Made by a program: the position numbers and the translations under genes. Positions 37,435 through 50,473 of a stretch of 64,000 nt of DNA are shown here, piece after piece. This DNA is from Lama glama (Eukaryota): the NCBI GenBank assembly GCA_028534125.1, contig CM052816.1, positions 69,132,001-69,196,000 on the forward strand, in the 5' to 3' direction. The notes under the pieces are model-generated. The model was not told the DNA's origin and did not search any database. It saw nothing but the letters and a program-made list of their open reading frames with translations. The stretch's first letter is position 1. Each line of letters begins with the position of its first letter.

Positions 37435-38040
37435 GGCTAATAATAGCACAGTGCCCGATACATACAAAGTTAGAGGGAGTAGCTAAGTGCTTTATCTGCA
37501 CAGTTTTGTTTAATCTACACAATAGTCTTAGGAGGTAAGTAGTGGTGATCTTGTTGGGTAAATCAATAACATCTCTAGTGAACCAGTGAGTGACTGAGTT
37601 GAGATTTTAGCCCAGGTATGACTGGTTTCAGAGCATAGCCGTTTGTCTAACTTATTGCTGAAGTTTTAGAGCAGCATGTGCCCCTTACTTTATATTTATA
37701 CTGTAATTAGAAGTCTTGATCTTCAAATATTACCTACAAAGAAAACTTTATGTGTTGGTTCTTCAGATTCCAACAAAGCAGAGAGCACTGTTTCTCTATT
37801 ATTTATAAAAAAAATTCTGTGTTGGATTCACAAGTAATAGTAGTGTGTCCAAGTGCCTTGAACAACCTATTGATACTGGCATTAATAATTAACATTTGTG
37901 GAGTACTTATTGTGTGCTGAACAGTATGTTACTAATTACCTCCATTTTACAGATGAGGAATCTTGAGGTACAGAGAGGCTAAGTAGGATTTTACTGCAAG
38001 CGAGCTGACTCCAGATCCCCTACTGTCAGCCATTACGCTA
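37435..38040 (-). mobile_element. Two MIR copies (about 37435-37640 and 37885-38040)
   Basis: ctaagtgctttatctgca...tttaatct, and ctccattttacagatgaggaatcttgaggtacagagaggctaagt. Confidence 0.7.
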
Positions 38041-38149
38041 CATGGTGAAAGAGTATGCCTGGAACACTGGGATTTTATTTGTATAAGGAACAGGCTGCTA
38101 CTTCTGTTCGAGTAAAGCCTGAAGAAGGGGCTCCTTGAGCAAGGACTAT

Positions 38150-38460
38150 TACTACCGACTAGGTTGGAGTTGCCAGAAGCAGACACTGACACAGGTCCCT
38201 ATACAAGTGATTATAAAGAAAGTGCTCCCACAGCACGTCCAGTAAAAAGCAGGGGAAACAGGACAGGAAGGAAGAGCAAGCCAAGCAAAGATGCAATGTC
38301 AGCCCAGGTCGTGAAGAGGGGGGCCTCCGCGGAGCTGCAGCAGGACTGCTATGGGATGTGGGCAGGTGGAGCAGTCACAACAAACTCCATCTCCCAGGAA
38401 CAACATAAAAGTCCCTCTCCTGTAAACAAAGCCTACAGATAAGCAATCTGGGACTGCAGA
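38150..38460 (-). mobile_element. LTR16-like (ERVL) LTR fragment
   Basis: taggttggagttgccagaagcagacactgacaca resembles the reverse complement of the LTR16 3' end. Confidence 0.45.
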
Positions 38461-38469
38461 GTGCTATAG

Positions 38470-38810
38470 GAGGGGTTGGCAAACCATATCTCCACCAAAG
38501 CTGGCCCACTGCCTGTTTTTACACAGCCCATAAGCTAAGAATCATTTTTGTATTTTTAAATGGTTGACGAAACCATTTTCCAAAAAAAGCATATGATTTT
38601 GTGCCATGAAAACTATAAGAGATTCAATTTCAGTATCCATAAATAAAGGTTTATTGGAACTTATATTAAAACATAATGGAATTCATGCATTACGTATTAT
38701 CTATGGCTATATTCACTCTAATATGGCATTGTTGACTACTTGTTAGAGAGACTGTATGGCTTGCAAAGCTGAAAATATTTACCATCTGGTCCTTTGCAGA
38801 AAAAAATTTC
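38470..38810. mobile_element. MER58B-type hAT-Charlie MITE
   Basis: ggggttggcaaac, ctggcccactgcctgttttt, agctaagaat, ataaataaaggtttattggaac, aaaatatttaccatctggtcctttgcagaaaa. Confidence 0.85.
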
Positions 38811-38814
38811 TACA

Positions 38815-39130
38815 GTATCAAGGAACCAAGATTCTTCCATTTTGTTGCTCTGCCATCTTCAACACATTATTATCATCTCATGGCCTGAAATGGCTACTGA
38901 AGTGCCAGCCATTGTGTCTGCTTTCCAGGCAATGCAAAAAAAGAACAGACAAAAGAGAGTTTATTTCCTCTCTTTAAGAAAACTTCTGAGAATCACACTC
39001 TTCATTTCTGCGTTATCTACTCAGAAGTTAGTCTCCTCACCATACCTAGCTATAAAACATTATTTCAATAGGCTAGTATTCCATTATTGAGGAAAACGTG
39101 TGTCAGGGTACAATTGGCAGTTCTATCTCA
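38815..39130 (-). mobile_element. MLT1J/K-type MaLR LTR fragment
   Basis: catcaaggaaccaagattcttccattttgttgctctgccatctt, aatggctactgaagtgccagccat. Confidence 0.6.
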
Positions 39131-39404
39131 TGTAGTTAAGACAGTTATGAAACAAGAGAAGTTTAAAGAGTAGTATATAACTGAATAAGGCACAAGGAAA
39201 GCCAAACTGCTGTAACTTTTTACATTTAAATATTATTTCTTCTCTCCATTCCAAAATTCATTTCCCTTAAGCCTTAACAAGCATAGCAAATTAGTTAAGT
39301 TCTCTGTTTTCCTTTCTTCTAGCCAGCTCTTTACTCCTAAAAGAATGGTCTTTCTTAGGAACTTTTTTGTGTGTGTGTGAAAGTAGTATGTTTCTGGGAA
39401 AGAA

Positions 39405-40070
39405 AACATGAGGGCTCTTTGGAGAAATGACTGAAACCAAGTCTAGGACAGAAAATTTCCAAGAGGAGCCTGCAACGTCTTTTCGTCTCAGAAAGCAAGC
39501 AAAGACCTCTGGGGCCATGAAAAAAGGATCCAGGAGCCACCCTGAAGGGTCCCCACTGACAAAAGAGGGAATAATTTGAGCATCCATAAGAGTATCTGAA
39601 ACTTTTTAAAACACATCAAATATGTCTAAATCTATGTGTTCATAATGGAAAAAAAAACCCCACATTTGTCACATTTTTAGGTGCCAATAATAATAAGGGA
39701 ACCAACTCATTATTCTGAAAACTGTAAAGTAAAAAATCAAACATTTAATTTGCCTTTTCTGTATTAATTATTCCTCAGGTAACCAAATAGTTGATAAAGT
39801 TTCTCTTTATAGGATTATTTTAGCTAAAAAAAAAAAGAGTGACAGAATATTACCACCTTGCAAACCTCTAATTAAATGATGAGTCTAGGTCATACTCCTC
39901 CATAATGGCTAACACTGTAAAAAGAGAAGGAACCAGATTCTACATGTCTCCTGGTGCAAGCACACCACGTTTGAACCTAAACCTGGTTAAGACTAAAACC
40001 TCTGGACTTAGACACTAACCAGACTCAGGGAGAGACAATGACGTGATAAAATAAGACAGACTTTAGATAA
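39405..40070 (+). mobile_element. L1MC4/5-type LINE-1 3' region
   Basis: ctttggagaaatgactga, aaaggatccaggagcca, cccactgacaaaagaggga, gggaaccaactcattatt, ggtaaccaaatagttgat. Confidence 0.7.
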
Positions 40071-40099
40071 AACTCTGAGGAACTTTTCCATTGAAGGAA

Positions 40100-41230
40100 T
40101 AAGTAAAAGGAGAAATTCAAAAGGTACTAATAAAAAAACAGAGACGTAGGAGAAAAATTCAGGAGTGCAATGCCATGAAAACCAGAAGAAGATGATCATG
40201 TTTTAGGAAGAAAGAAGAGATAAACAACCTAAAATGTTGCAGAGAGACTGGGAAAGAGCTGACGAATGTCCAGTTGGAAACAGCAACAAGAAGGTTGTTA
40301 GTGGTTTTGGTGAGAAAGTTACAGCAGAATAGAGGGCATAGAAGTCAGTGAGCTGATGGGTGAGAGGGAGGTAAGGTCGTGGAGAGAGACAGGTGGAGGA
40401 CTCCATCCAAATTTGGTAATGGAGATGCATTAGTGTCTTAGGCCTGCCATAACAGGGAACCACAACTGAGTGGCTTAAACAACAGAAACCTATTGCTTCA
40501 CAGTTTCGGAGACTGCAAGTCTGAGATCAGGGTGTCAGTCCACAGGATTGGTTCCTTGTGAGGGCTGAGTGAGAGATTTGGTCTTTGCTTCCCCCCAACT
40601 CCTAATGGTTCGTCAGCAATCTTTGGTGTTGCTTGACTTCTACTGCATCACCCCAATCTCTGCCTTCAGCGTCACATGGCATTTCTCTGTGTATATGTCT
40701 GTGTCCAAATTTCCTCTTTTTATAAAGTCAATAGTTATACTGGATTAGAGCTTATCCTAACAACATCATTTCAACTTGATTACCTCTGTAAAGACCCCAT
40801 CTCCAAATAAGATCACACTCTAAAGTACTAGGGATTAGGATTCAGACATTTTGGGGAGGGGGACAAAATTCAATCCATAACAGAGTCTAATTTTGTTTGT
40901 TATAAATTTAATATATGTTCACTGTAAATTTTTAAATAATGCTGATATGTCTAGAACAATAACAAAATCTTAATACTAGGTTAAAAGAAAGAAGTGGGCT
41001 GTGAAGGATGAGAAAGAGAAGAGTAGCTAGAGGCAAGGTGGGTCTATTAAGGTATTTGTTTAGTTCAGGATGGGAGAGATTTGAACATGTGGGAGTACAG
41101 AGGGAAGGAGACAGCAGACAGGAAGAAGTTAAAGACTGAAGATACAGTGTGGTGTGACGTGGTGTGTTTTGCATCAGCGGGCAGGGATCTTCGCTGAACC
41201 TAAAGAGAAATATAGACCTGTCAGGTTTTG
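40100..41230 (-). mobile_element. L2 fragment interrupted by an MLT1C LTR
   Basis: Purine-rich antisense L2 text on both sides (ggagtgcaatgccatgaaaaccag, agcaacaagaaggttgttagtg, caggatgggagagatttgaacatg). Confidence 0.55.
40426..40882 (-). mobile_element. MLT1C-type MaLR solo LTR
   Basis: tgcattagt...ctgccataaca...tggcttaaacaacagaaa...gcaatctttggtgt...acaaaattcaatccataaca. Confidence 0.88.
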
Positions 41231-41719
41231 TGGGGCTGGCTGTCTCAGAATTATATTTGCATGAGTTTATTTTTGTGGAGAATGGGGCTGCCAGGAGGAA
41301 GTTGTCTGCAGGGATGCTGGGAGTGGCCTGGGATAATGGGAGAGGAAACAGCAGACAGTGAAGAGGATGGCGTGAGAGCTGTTGGCTGCTCCCCAGCCTG
41401 GCCCTGTTAGAGAGAGGGGCTACAAAGATAAGCCAAACAGTCTGGTTTTGAAGAGGCTCTGTCATTCCTGTGAGGTTCAGGCATGACAAGTGCTGGACTG
41501 AGGGGTTGTTCCCTCTTCAGTGTTGCAGTTTAGAGAACAGTAGATCTAAGAAACAGGACTCTAGGTAGGGAAACATCACTACCACCGGGGTCAGGGTCCC
41601 TGAGATAACAGCTCCTGTGCTTTGAGGGAAACAGGCATGAGGAGGAGCCAACACAGATACCCGTGAGTGGGCTATGCAGCAGAACAGGTGACACACCCTA
41701 GCAACTCATGATCGATAAC

Positions 41720-42384
41720 TGTGAGACTCAGTGGGGCAGTGCAGAACCCCCCAACACACACATCAGTCACAAGTTCAGGTTATCACCTGTGCTCATGACC
41801 AACCAGCTACAGACTGGAGGTTCCCACATCCCTTCTTTGGGTCTGATTAATTTGCTAGAGTGGCCCACAGAACCCAGAGAAAAGTTTTACTTACTAGGTC
41901 ACTGATTTATTATCACAAGATATAATTCAGGAACAGCCAGATGGAAGAGATGCATAGGGTGAGGCATGGAGAAAGGGGAGGAGCTCCCATGCTCTCTGAG
42001 CACCACTCTCCCCACACCTCCTGTGTTCACCAACCCAGAAGCTCTCTGAAACCCCTCCTTTTAGGTTTTTATGGAGGCTTCATCACAAAGGCACGGTTGA
42101 TTAAATCACTGGCCATTGGGGGATTGATTCAACCTCCAGCCCCTCTCTGGTCCCCAGAGGTCAGGAGGTGGGACTGAAAGTGCCAATCCTCTAATCACCA
42201 GGTTGGTTCTCCTGGCAACCAGCACCCAGCCTGAGGTGCTTTCCAAAAGTTGCCTCATTAACATTACAAAAGATATCTTTATGCTTTGAGTGTTTAGGAA
42301 ATCCCAAGTGTTTTAGGAGTTCTGTGCCAGAAACAAGGATGAAAACCAAATATATACTTTTGTATTATAAATCACAGTATCATG
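41720..42384 (-). mobile_element. MER21-family (ERVL) LTR
   Basis: ttaatttgctagagtggcccacagaac, ggaacagccagatggaagagatgcataggg, ttatggaggcttcat, ttaaatcactggccattgg, ttttaggagttctgtgccagaaac. Confidence 0.85.
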
Positions 42385-42394
42385 GTAGGCTAGT

Positions 42395-42870
42395 GAGTAA
42401 ATAAACTGGTTTACTCCTACCATGAAATCCTATAAAAGTTAAAATAGACAAACTAGGTCTACATATAACAACATGAATAAATCTCAAAACATTGTAAGAA
42501 AAGCAAGTTACAAGAAGAAATGTACCATAAGATTTCTAATATATAAATATTTAAAGCATACAAAAGAATGGTATGTATTATTTAATGTTTACATCTATAT
42601 AATATAATAAAAGTTTAAATACATGAAAAGTAACATGCCAACTTCAGGGTAACAGTTACCTCTGGGGAGAGAGGCAGAGGATGGGTTGGGGTTACTCTAT
42701 CTGTACTCAATATTTTCTTTTTTGAAAAGAGAGAAAATTGATTCTGAAGCTAATAAAGCAAAATGCTAACATCTGTTAATACGGGAGGTCGGTACATGAG
42801 TATCTGTTAATATTTTCTGTACTTGGTCTATATTTGAAATGTCATCATTTAACATTTCAAACTTAAAAAA
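42395..42870 (+). mobile_element. L1ME-type LINE-1 3' end
   Basis: acaacatgaataaatctcaaaaca, aaaagcaagtta, cagttacctctgggga, gcaaaatgctaacatctgttaa. Confidence 0.65.
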
Positions 42871-43510
42871 AAGACAATATCTCTGCTTTTGTGCACAGGA
42901 AAAAGATATTGAATTAATTACATTGTTTTAAACTGAGTATGTAAATACCACAGATATTACAATGCTAATTTAGATAATTTAGCATATCATGTATCTTATT
43001 ATGCGTATCTCTAATTATAACTATTTTTAATACATTCTGCTAAAATTCTTTTCCATAAATAGCTGCAAATGCCTTATTTAACTGTAGACTTTGTATTTTC
43101 ATTAAGTGTGATGACTTCTATTTTTCTAAGTTAAAGCTACAGCAGCTGACAAGGCCAATTGACTCTGTTCCTTTGTTTCAGTAAGTGGAGCTGGGCCAGC
43201 CCCAGTTTGCTCCCAGGGAATAACATCACATGTCTGAGCAGTCACAAGGACCCTCTCCTGGAGACAGCGCAAGCACAGGCTGCAGGCCATCAAGGAGGGC
43301 CCCTGGTCTTCCTACAGTTTTCTAAACGAGGGAGCAAGGCTGGGAACAGCCCCAACAATGCTTCCAGCATTCCTAATTTTATCTCCAGTTTTGAAAGGAC
43401 TTTTGTTTGACTTATGAGCAGGGATAAGAGGTGATGGATTACTGAATGGCCAGCAAGTTATAGATGAGCCTCTTTGTTCACATTGGTGAGTGTGTTCATA
43501 TAATCTCTAT

Positions 43511-43997
43511 TGTGGTGTAAAATCTAAAATTAATATTATGGGCTGCCTTGCCATCTAAAACTGGGAGGGCCTGGAGTGGCCTAACTGCATCCCCCTCCTG
43601 ACTCTGCTCCCTCAGATAGGGTCACTTAGCCAAACAACCCTCCTTATCCCAGGAATGAGGCACAGTGTCTGCTTACATGAGTAGCAGGCTTCAGTTCCCT
43701 GTCAGCCTGCAGAATTATTCAAACAGCCAATTACATCCTCTTGCAGAAACCAGGAGTCAGTTGATCCTCTTGGTACTACAAAGCTCCGCCCTCACCCTCC
43801 ACCCCCAAGCCCTGCTTGTTCACTCTGTTCCCAAGTACAGCTCCTGTCTCACTCTGGTGGTGCAGTGTCTTCCTTCCCTGGACAATAGACTGCCATCAAT
43901 CTCATCTGACAGTGTTGGGTGTTGTGTCCTGCCATCCCATAAGCCTAGGGTAGAATCCCTCCCTCACCAACAGGGTGAAGAGGAGGCCATCCAAACA
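43511..43997 (+). mobile_element. MER77/MER73-like (ERVL) solo LTR
   Basis: TG...CA ends. tagccaaacaaccctccttatc, gaattattcaaacagccaat, aatccctccctcaccaacagggtgaagaggagg. Confidence 0.75.
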
Positions 43998-44611
43998 TTG
44001 GTGGTTTTCACTTTTTTTCTCTTTAGACCAATCATTACAACTCCAAGAGATTTTTTGTGTGTCCTTTATTTCCAACCAATTTACTCTGGTCAGGAGGATG
44101 GGAGTGGAGAAAAGTGTATACAAAATGTGTTTCATGATCTATTTCTAGTTGAAAATGAAAGTTTCTACTTTGAATTTTTTAGTCACAAGGAAAGTGAGGG
44201 CAGAGGGTGGACTGACAAAGTCAGAAGACAGGGTTTCTTGAAGATCATTCACCTAGATTGTTCAGAAACTGAATAATAATCACACACAAAAGGTCTCATC
44301 ACATGATGTAGAGTTAGACAGTAGCAATTTAATACTTTATAATCAGCCCAGCATATAAATGATGAAGAACTATTATGTCACGAACATTATCACATCATGA
44401 CATCACAGCCATTATGTCACTGTAATTGTCTGCCCCTTGGTACACATTTGACCACAGGGACATCACTGAACATCATACCACAGGCCGAACAATATGGCAC
44501 ATCATCTCTCAGTTTATTACCCTTAAATTATTTTTCACATGTGCAATCATAAAAACAACTGAGTTAGAATGTTAATGTTGTTTGGATGTTTTGGTGTTTA
44601 GTATCCTTGAG

Positions 44612-44639
44612 ATATATATATACATATATATATATATAT
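44612..44639. repeat. Interrupted (TA)n microsatellite
   Basis: Read directly. Confidence 0.9.
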
Positions 44640-46517
44640 TTTTATTTTTAGTTCTTTTAGTAGTTTCTTTTGTGGCCTTGAGCAATTGTACTTTATGCTT
44701 CAAAAGTGCTTTCATGTTTATTTAATTTACTCTCATATCGTAGATGTGTCTGGACTGAGATTCATGTACCCAAAAAACAGAAGTAGTAATAAAACCTAGA
44801 GAGGTTGAATGATTTTATCCCTCAGGGTTACACAGTCAGATATATAGATTCTTTTCTCAAAAAGATTTTCTGTTTCTTAAATCCAGTGTTCTTTCTATTA
44901 CTGAGACACTCTTAAGTTTTACCCCTTTATATTTCAGTTCCTCATAAATTTATTAGACTAACAAATGTCTGAGAAAAATAGAACGTTGGAGCTTAAAGAG
45001 GCTTAGAGATTATTTCAAGTATCAACATATACAAAAGAAGAAAGATACCAAGTTCCTGGGATAGGGACTGTGATTTTATTGAGGAGTATTTGTGAAAGTA
45101 CATTGCTGATTTCTCAATGTTCTACCTAGCCCATTCCTACATGATTAATAACATTCTGAAACTACACATTGTTCCACCCAATTTGCTTAAAATACTTTCC
45201 ATACTGAAGCTGTAATTTGCAAAATGTTTATTAAACAAGAAGTGGAAAAGCAAAAGACACTGTGGTTAAGAAAGTTGGTAGACCTTGTCCCTGCATTTAA
45301 GATGGGAAGATTAAAATAGATTGGAGTTTTAGAAGCAGCTTAGTCTGATTTAGTTGGCTAATGGGGCTTCATCCCTGTCCATGCAGTGCTGGAGATACTA
45401 TCTCTGGAACATATTCCTATCTAAGACTTTTTCCTATGTGTACTTCTTAAGGCACAAAGGAACACCAGTTGTTCCTGAGTCTCCTCCCAAAACTAGAATG
45501 GTAATTCTTAACAACACTACACAACACTAATTCAGAACTTTTAGGAAATTATAATACCAGCTGTTCTTTCAGACTCGTTGATGGCCTTCAGCTGCTCAGT
45601 AGGACAAGCTTAGAGGATGAGAAAGAGGATTAACTTCCTTTGCCTTTGATATTCTCTGTTCTTTGGTCAGTATAATAAAGTCAAGTCTTCTGTCTCCTGA
45701 TCCATGACAAAGTTTGGCACCATGACTATCTGTATTGAAGGGACTATAATCTATTCTACAAAGACTTACATTTCTGATCAATGCAGGGTAAGATTTACCC
45801 TCCTACTGCGACAGTTGAAAAAATCTGAATAAAATATATGAAACAATAGTGCTCAAGGCATTGGACATCAGGGAGTGAAGGACAATGAACACTGAAAGAT
45901 GGAAAACAAGTGTGGGCCCCCCTTTTCAGTTGAGTATCAATCAGTGCATATATTGAGGAAACTCCCCAAGACCAGGAAAAGAACCACCTGAAAGGATTAG
46001 AGGGAATAGTTGTCAGACTTCACACAGGCCTGAGAAAAGCGCCATTTCCCGACAGCTCTAGTGGAAAAGCTCATAATTCAGGTTGAATTTACAGAACTAT
46101 GAGAATTTTGCCTCAGCAGGGGAAAATTGATGCTAGGCTAAAGGCAGCTCCAGTCAAGCCCAGCAAAACTTAAAAGTAAGACCTGAAGGACTAAATCATT
46201 TCCAAATAACTTAATTGCATCTAGAACAAAGCTCAATAGCATTTACAGGAATAAAAAATATGTCAATGTGGTAAAATTCACAGCATGTGGCATTCAATAA
46301 AAAATTATCATACATTCAAAGAAATAGGAAAATATTACCTATAATGAGGAGAAAAATCGATCAACAAAACTGATCCAGAAATGTTGCAGGTAATAGATCT
46401 AATCAACAAGGATATTAAAACAGTTATTATGATTGTAATTCGGAGTTCAAGAAGCTGGAAAAAAAATTCAACATGTTGAGTAGAGACATAGGAGATATTT
46501 AAAATGACACAAATTGA

Positions 46518-46994
46518 CTGGATAAAGAAGATGTGGTATATTTATACAATGGAATACTATTCAGCCATAAAAACTGACAACATAATGCCATTTGCAGCAA
46601 CATGGATGTTCCTGGAGAATGTCATTCTAATTGAATTAAGCCAGAAAGAGAAAGAAAAATACCATATGAGATTGCTCATATGTGGAATCTAAAAAAAAAA
46701 GAACATAAATACAAAACAGAAACAGACTCATAGACATAGAATACAAACTTGTGGTTGCCAAGGTGGTGGGAGATGGGAAAGGACAGACTGGGATTTCAAA
46801 ATGTAGAATAGATAAACAAGATTAGACTGTATAGCACAGGGAAACATATACAAGATCTTGTGGTAGCTCACAGAGAAAAAAAATGTGACAATGAATGTAT
46901 GTATGTTCATGTATAAAAATTGTGCCCTACACTGGAATTTGGCATAACATTGTAAAATGACTATAACTCAATAAAAAAAAGTTAAAAATAAAAT
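46518..46994 (+). mobile_element. Camelid LINE-1 3' end (5'-truncated)
   Basis: DWIKKMWYIYTMEYYSAIK...MPFAATW, then 3' UTR and A tail. 17-bp TSD aaaatgacacaaattga (46501-46517) / aaaatgacccaaactga (46995-47011). Confidence 0.92.
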
Positions 46995-47506
46995 AAAATG
47001 ACCCAAACTGAAAATCTAGAGATGAAAATTATAATGCCTTAGACAAAAAATATACTAGATGGGATTAATAGAATTGACAGTGCAGATGATTGATGGACTT
47101 GAAGAGAGAGCAGGAAAAAAAAGAGAAAGAGATAGGAAATATGACTGAGCAAAATGAAAAGAATTATTGAACTGTGGGACAAATTCAAACAACCATACAT
47201 CTATAGTTAAAGTCTCCAAATGAGTTGTGGTGAGGCTGAAAAACTATTTGAAGAAGTAATAGCCAACACTTCTCCAAATTTAATAAAAACTATAAACTAT
47301 ATTTTTAGAAATCTCAGCAAACCTCAAGCACATGAAACATGAAGAAATCTATATTTAGGCACACCATAATCAAATTGCTTAAATCCGCTGATAACAAAAT
47401 CATAAAAGCAGCCAGAGAAAAAGACATGTTACAAAGGAGCAAAGATAAGGATAAGTTTTCCCTTTGGAAATAATGTGAACTAGAAGACAGTGGAACATCA
47501 TCTTTA

Positions 47507-48170
47507 TTTCCCCCATTTTTTGTTGAGGTATAGTTTATTAATAATATTATTTAAGTTTCAGGTGTACAACATAGTGATTCACAATTTTTAAAGATTATAC
47601 TACATTTATAGCTATTATAAAATATTGGCTATATTCAATGTGCTGTACAATATATCCTTGTAGCTTATTTATTTTATGCATAGTTTGTACCTCTTAATCC
47701 CTTACCCTTATCTTGCCTCTCCCTCTTCCCTCTTCCCACTGGTAACTACTAGTTAGTTCTTTATATCTATCAGTATGTGTCTGTTTTGTTACATTCTCTA
47801 TAGTTTGTTTTATTTTTTATGTTCCACCTATAAGTGATAACAAATAGTATTTGACTTTCTCTGACTTATTTCACTAAGCATAATACCCTCCAAGTTTATC
47901 CATGTTGTTTCAAATAGCAAAATTTCTTTCTTTTTTAAGGTTGAGTAGTATTCCATTATATATAAAAAACATCTTTATCCACTCATCTGTTGATGGACTT
48001 TTAGGTTGCTTCCATATCTTGGTTATTGTAAATAATGCTTCTATGAATATTGGGGTGCATGTATCTTTTTGAATTAGTGTTTTCATTTTCTTCAGACATA
48101 TACCCAGGAATGGAATCACTGGAAAATACAGTAATTCTATTTTAGTTTTCTGAGGCATCTCCATACTATT
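47507..48170 (-). mobile_element. Artiodactyl-type LINE-1 3' end, antisense
   Basis: Minus ORF DTCTPIFIEALFTITKIWKQPKSPSTDEWIK. 16-bp TSD tggaacatcatcttta (47491-47506) / tgaaacaacatcttta (48171-48186). Confidence 0.92.
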
Positions 48171-49269
48171 TGAAACAACATCTTTAGAGTACTAAGAAAA
48201 AAATACTATCAACTTATGATTTTTTTAGCTAGTGAAAATATCTTCCAAATGAAGGCAAAATAGAAACTTTTTTTCAGGTATGCAAAAGCTGAAAGAATTC
48301 ATCACCTCCAGACCTACACTACAATAAGTTTAAAATGAAGTTCTTATGATACCAGATAGAAACCGAGATTTACATAAAGGAATGAGGAGCACCAGAAGTG
48401 AATGCTACATGGATAAATATAAAAAACTATTCCATTATTTAGTTTTCTTTACAAGATAATCTGTCTTTTAAAGCAAAAATAATGACAATGTATAACATGT
48501 ATAGAAATAAAATGCATAACCACCACAGCACAAGGGCTAGAAGGGGAGGAACAGAAGTCTAATTTTATTAGGTTCTTAGTAAATGTGAATGTGTATAATA
48601 TCACTTGAAGCAATCATTTAAAAGCCCTAGAGTAACTATAGCAAAGAATTATATCTATAAGCAAACAAATGAGATAAAATTAAATTACTAAAAATATTCA
48701 ATATTAAAAAGGTAGAAAAAGAGGAAAAAAAGAACAAAGAATAGATGGGACAAAGAGAAAACAAATAGCATGATGGTAGATTTAAACTCAGCTATATCAA
48801 CCATCACATTAACTATAAATGGTCTGAACACTCCATTTAAAAGATAAGATTGCCAGATTGAATTAACAAGCAGGAACTACTATATGCTGCTCACAAAAAA
48901 ATTTTACTTTAAACATAAGGACATAAATTGGTTAAAAGTGAAAGGATGAAAAAAGATATACCATGCTAACCTAAATCCACAGAAAGTTTTATAGTGACTA
49001 TATCAAAGTAGCAAAGAACACTACCGGGGATAAAGATGGCCAATGATAAAGAGGTCAGTTTATCCAGATGACATAAGAATCCTAAGCATTAATTATCTCA
49101 AACAGTACAGCTTCAAAATTCATGCAGCCAATCTAGTCTACACAAGGAAAATCTGGGCAAGAAATGTAGGAGCCAACTGAAAGGCCTGAGCAAGTGGTTG
49201 GTGACCAGACGCTCATGCCAAATAATTGGTTCCTAAATCCCATATTAAGCTTCCAGTGTGGTATTTCCA

Positions 49270-49610
49270 TAGTATCTCATACACAGCTTTACTATGACAT
49301 TTATTACACTGTACCCTAATTAGTTGTTTAGCATAGTTTATGGATTTGTCTTTGCCACCAGATAGTGATCTCCTTATTGGTAGAGACCTTTGTCTTACTA
49401 GCTTGTATTTCTTGATATAGCAGGATGCAAGACATATGGAGCTAAATAAATGTTTGCAATATTAGTACTGTAATAACATCCACTTATTCAGGCAAGCTTT
49501 ATTACTAACACCTCATTTGACACCCATACCAATTCTCTATAATAGGTAGGGTATGTATTTTCCTCATTTTACAGATGAAGAAGCTGAGACAGAAGAAATA
49601 ACTGCCCAAA
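49270..49610. mobile_element. L2 3' end (+, about 49270-49460) next to a MIR fragment (-, about 49470-49610)
   Basis: gatagtgatctccttattggtagagacc...aataaatgtttg, and cctcattttacagatgaagaagctgagacaga. Confidence 0.6.
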
Positions 49611-49927
49611 TTTTATTTAAATTTTGGGCTGCTGAGTTATTTATTCCATTTTCTGTACTCTATTGTAATTAGAATTTGGGGATGACTCCGTTTCCAAACA
49701 TTAAGTTACCTGATGCAGCAGATGGTGCTTCTTATGTATAACTCCTTTCTTCCATGTTTAGGTGTGTGAAGTCTGAATATGTCTCTAGGTAATGGAGTTG
49801 TAGATTTTAGAGTCACAAAATAGTGAGGCACACATTAGTAAAAATTCTTGGTTCTAAAGACTACAGGTATTCATATTTTTTTATCACTATTCCATATGGC
49901 CAAATGTTTGAGTCTTATGTTGCTATA

Positions 49928-50473
49928 TATTATGGAGTGAATATTTGTGTCTCTGTAAAATTCATATGTTGAATCCCTAATCCCCAGTGGGGTGGTATAT
50001 AGAGATGGGGCCTTTGAGAGGTAATTAGGGTTAGATGAGATCATGAGGGTGGGGTTCTGGTCTGATGGAACTAGTGCTCTTCAGAGAACTTTCTCTCTCT
50101 GTCATGTGAGGACACAGTAAGAAGGTGGCCATCTGCAAGACAAGAACTATCACCAGAACTTGACTATGCTTGAGGGAACTATATTCAGTATTTTATAATA
50201 ACTTTAAATGAAAAAAATATGAAACAAATATATGTATGTATATGCATGACTGGTACATTGTGCTGTTCACCAGAAACTGACACATTGTAACTGGATGTAC
50301 TTCAACAACAACAAAAAAATTCAAAAAAAGAAAAAAAAAAAAAAAAAGAACTTGACCATACTGGCACCTTGATCTCAGAATTTCAGCCTCCATAATTCTG
50401 AGAAAATAAATTTCTGTTTTTTTAAGTACCCAGTTTATGGTATTTTGTTAGAGCAGTCCAAGGTGACCGATAC
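49928..50473 (+). mobile_element. MLT1A-type MaLR solo LTR interrupted by an L1 tail
   Basis: aaattcatatgttgaatccctaatcccca, gagatggggcctttgagaggtaattagggttagatgag, catgtgaggacacag, agaaaataaatttctgtt. Confidence 0.88.
50173..50346 (+). mobile_element. Short camelid/artiodactyl L1 3' end with A tail
   Basis: agggaactatattcagta...caccagaaactgacacattgtaactg. Degenerate 18-bp TSD agaacttgactatgcttg (50155-50172) / agaacttgaccatactgg (50347-50364). Confidence 0.85.

Larger units (their letters stand above)
45780..49130 (+). mobile_element. Ancient L1M 5' portion (5' region, decayed ORF1, inter-ORF, start of ORF2 endonuclease), host to two younger L1s
   Basis: At about 48794 it translates ISTITLTINGLNTPFKR (APE endonuclease start motif) and then ICCSQK. 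ORF1-type text includes cataatcaaattgcttaaa, taaaagcagccagagaaaaa and aaaagctgaaagaattcatcacc. Confidence 0.75.

Noticed and set aside
40932..41489. 185-aa minus ORF
   Set aside because: Overlaps decayed L2 sequence. Leu/Ser/Pro-rich chance frame with no recognisable homology.
43665..44276. Longest gap-free ORF (203 aa, +)
   Set aside because: Starts at GTG inside a solo LTR and runs into flank. No recognisable domain and no exon structure.
49713..49731. CTCF-like motifs (also near 1851 and 50935)
   Set aside because: Each mismatches core positions or spacing of the CTCF consensus.
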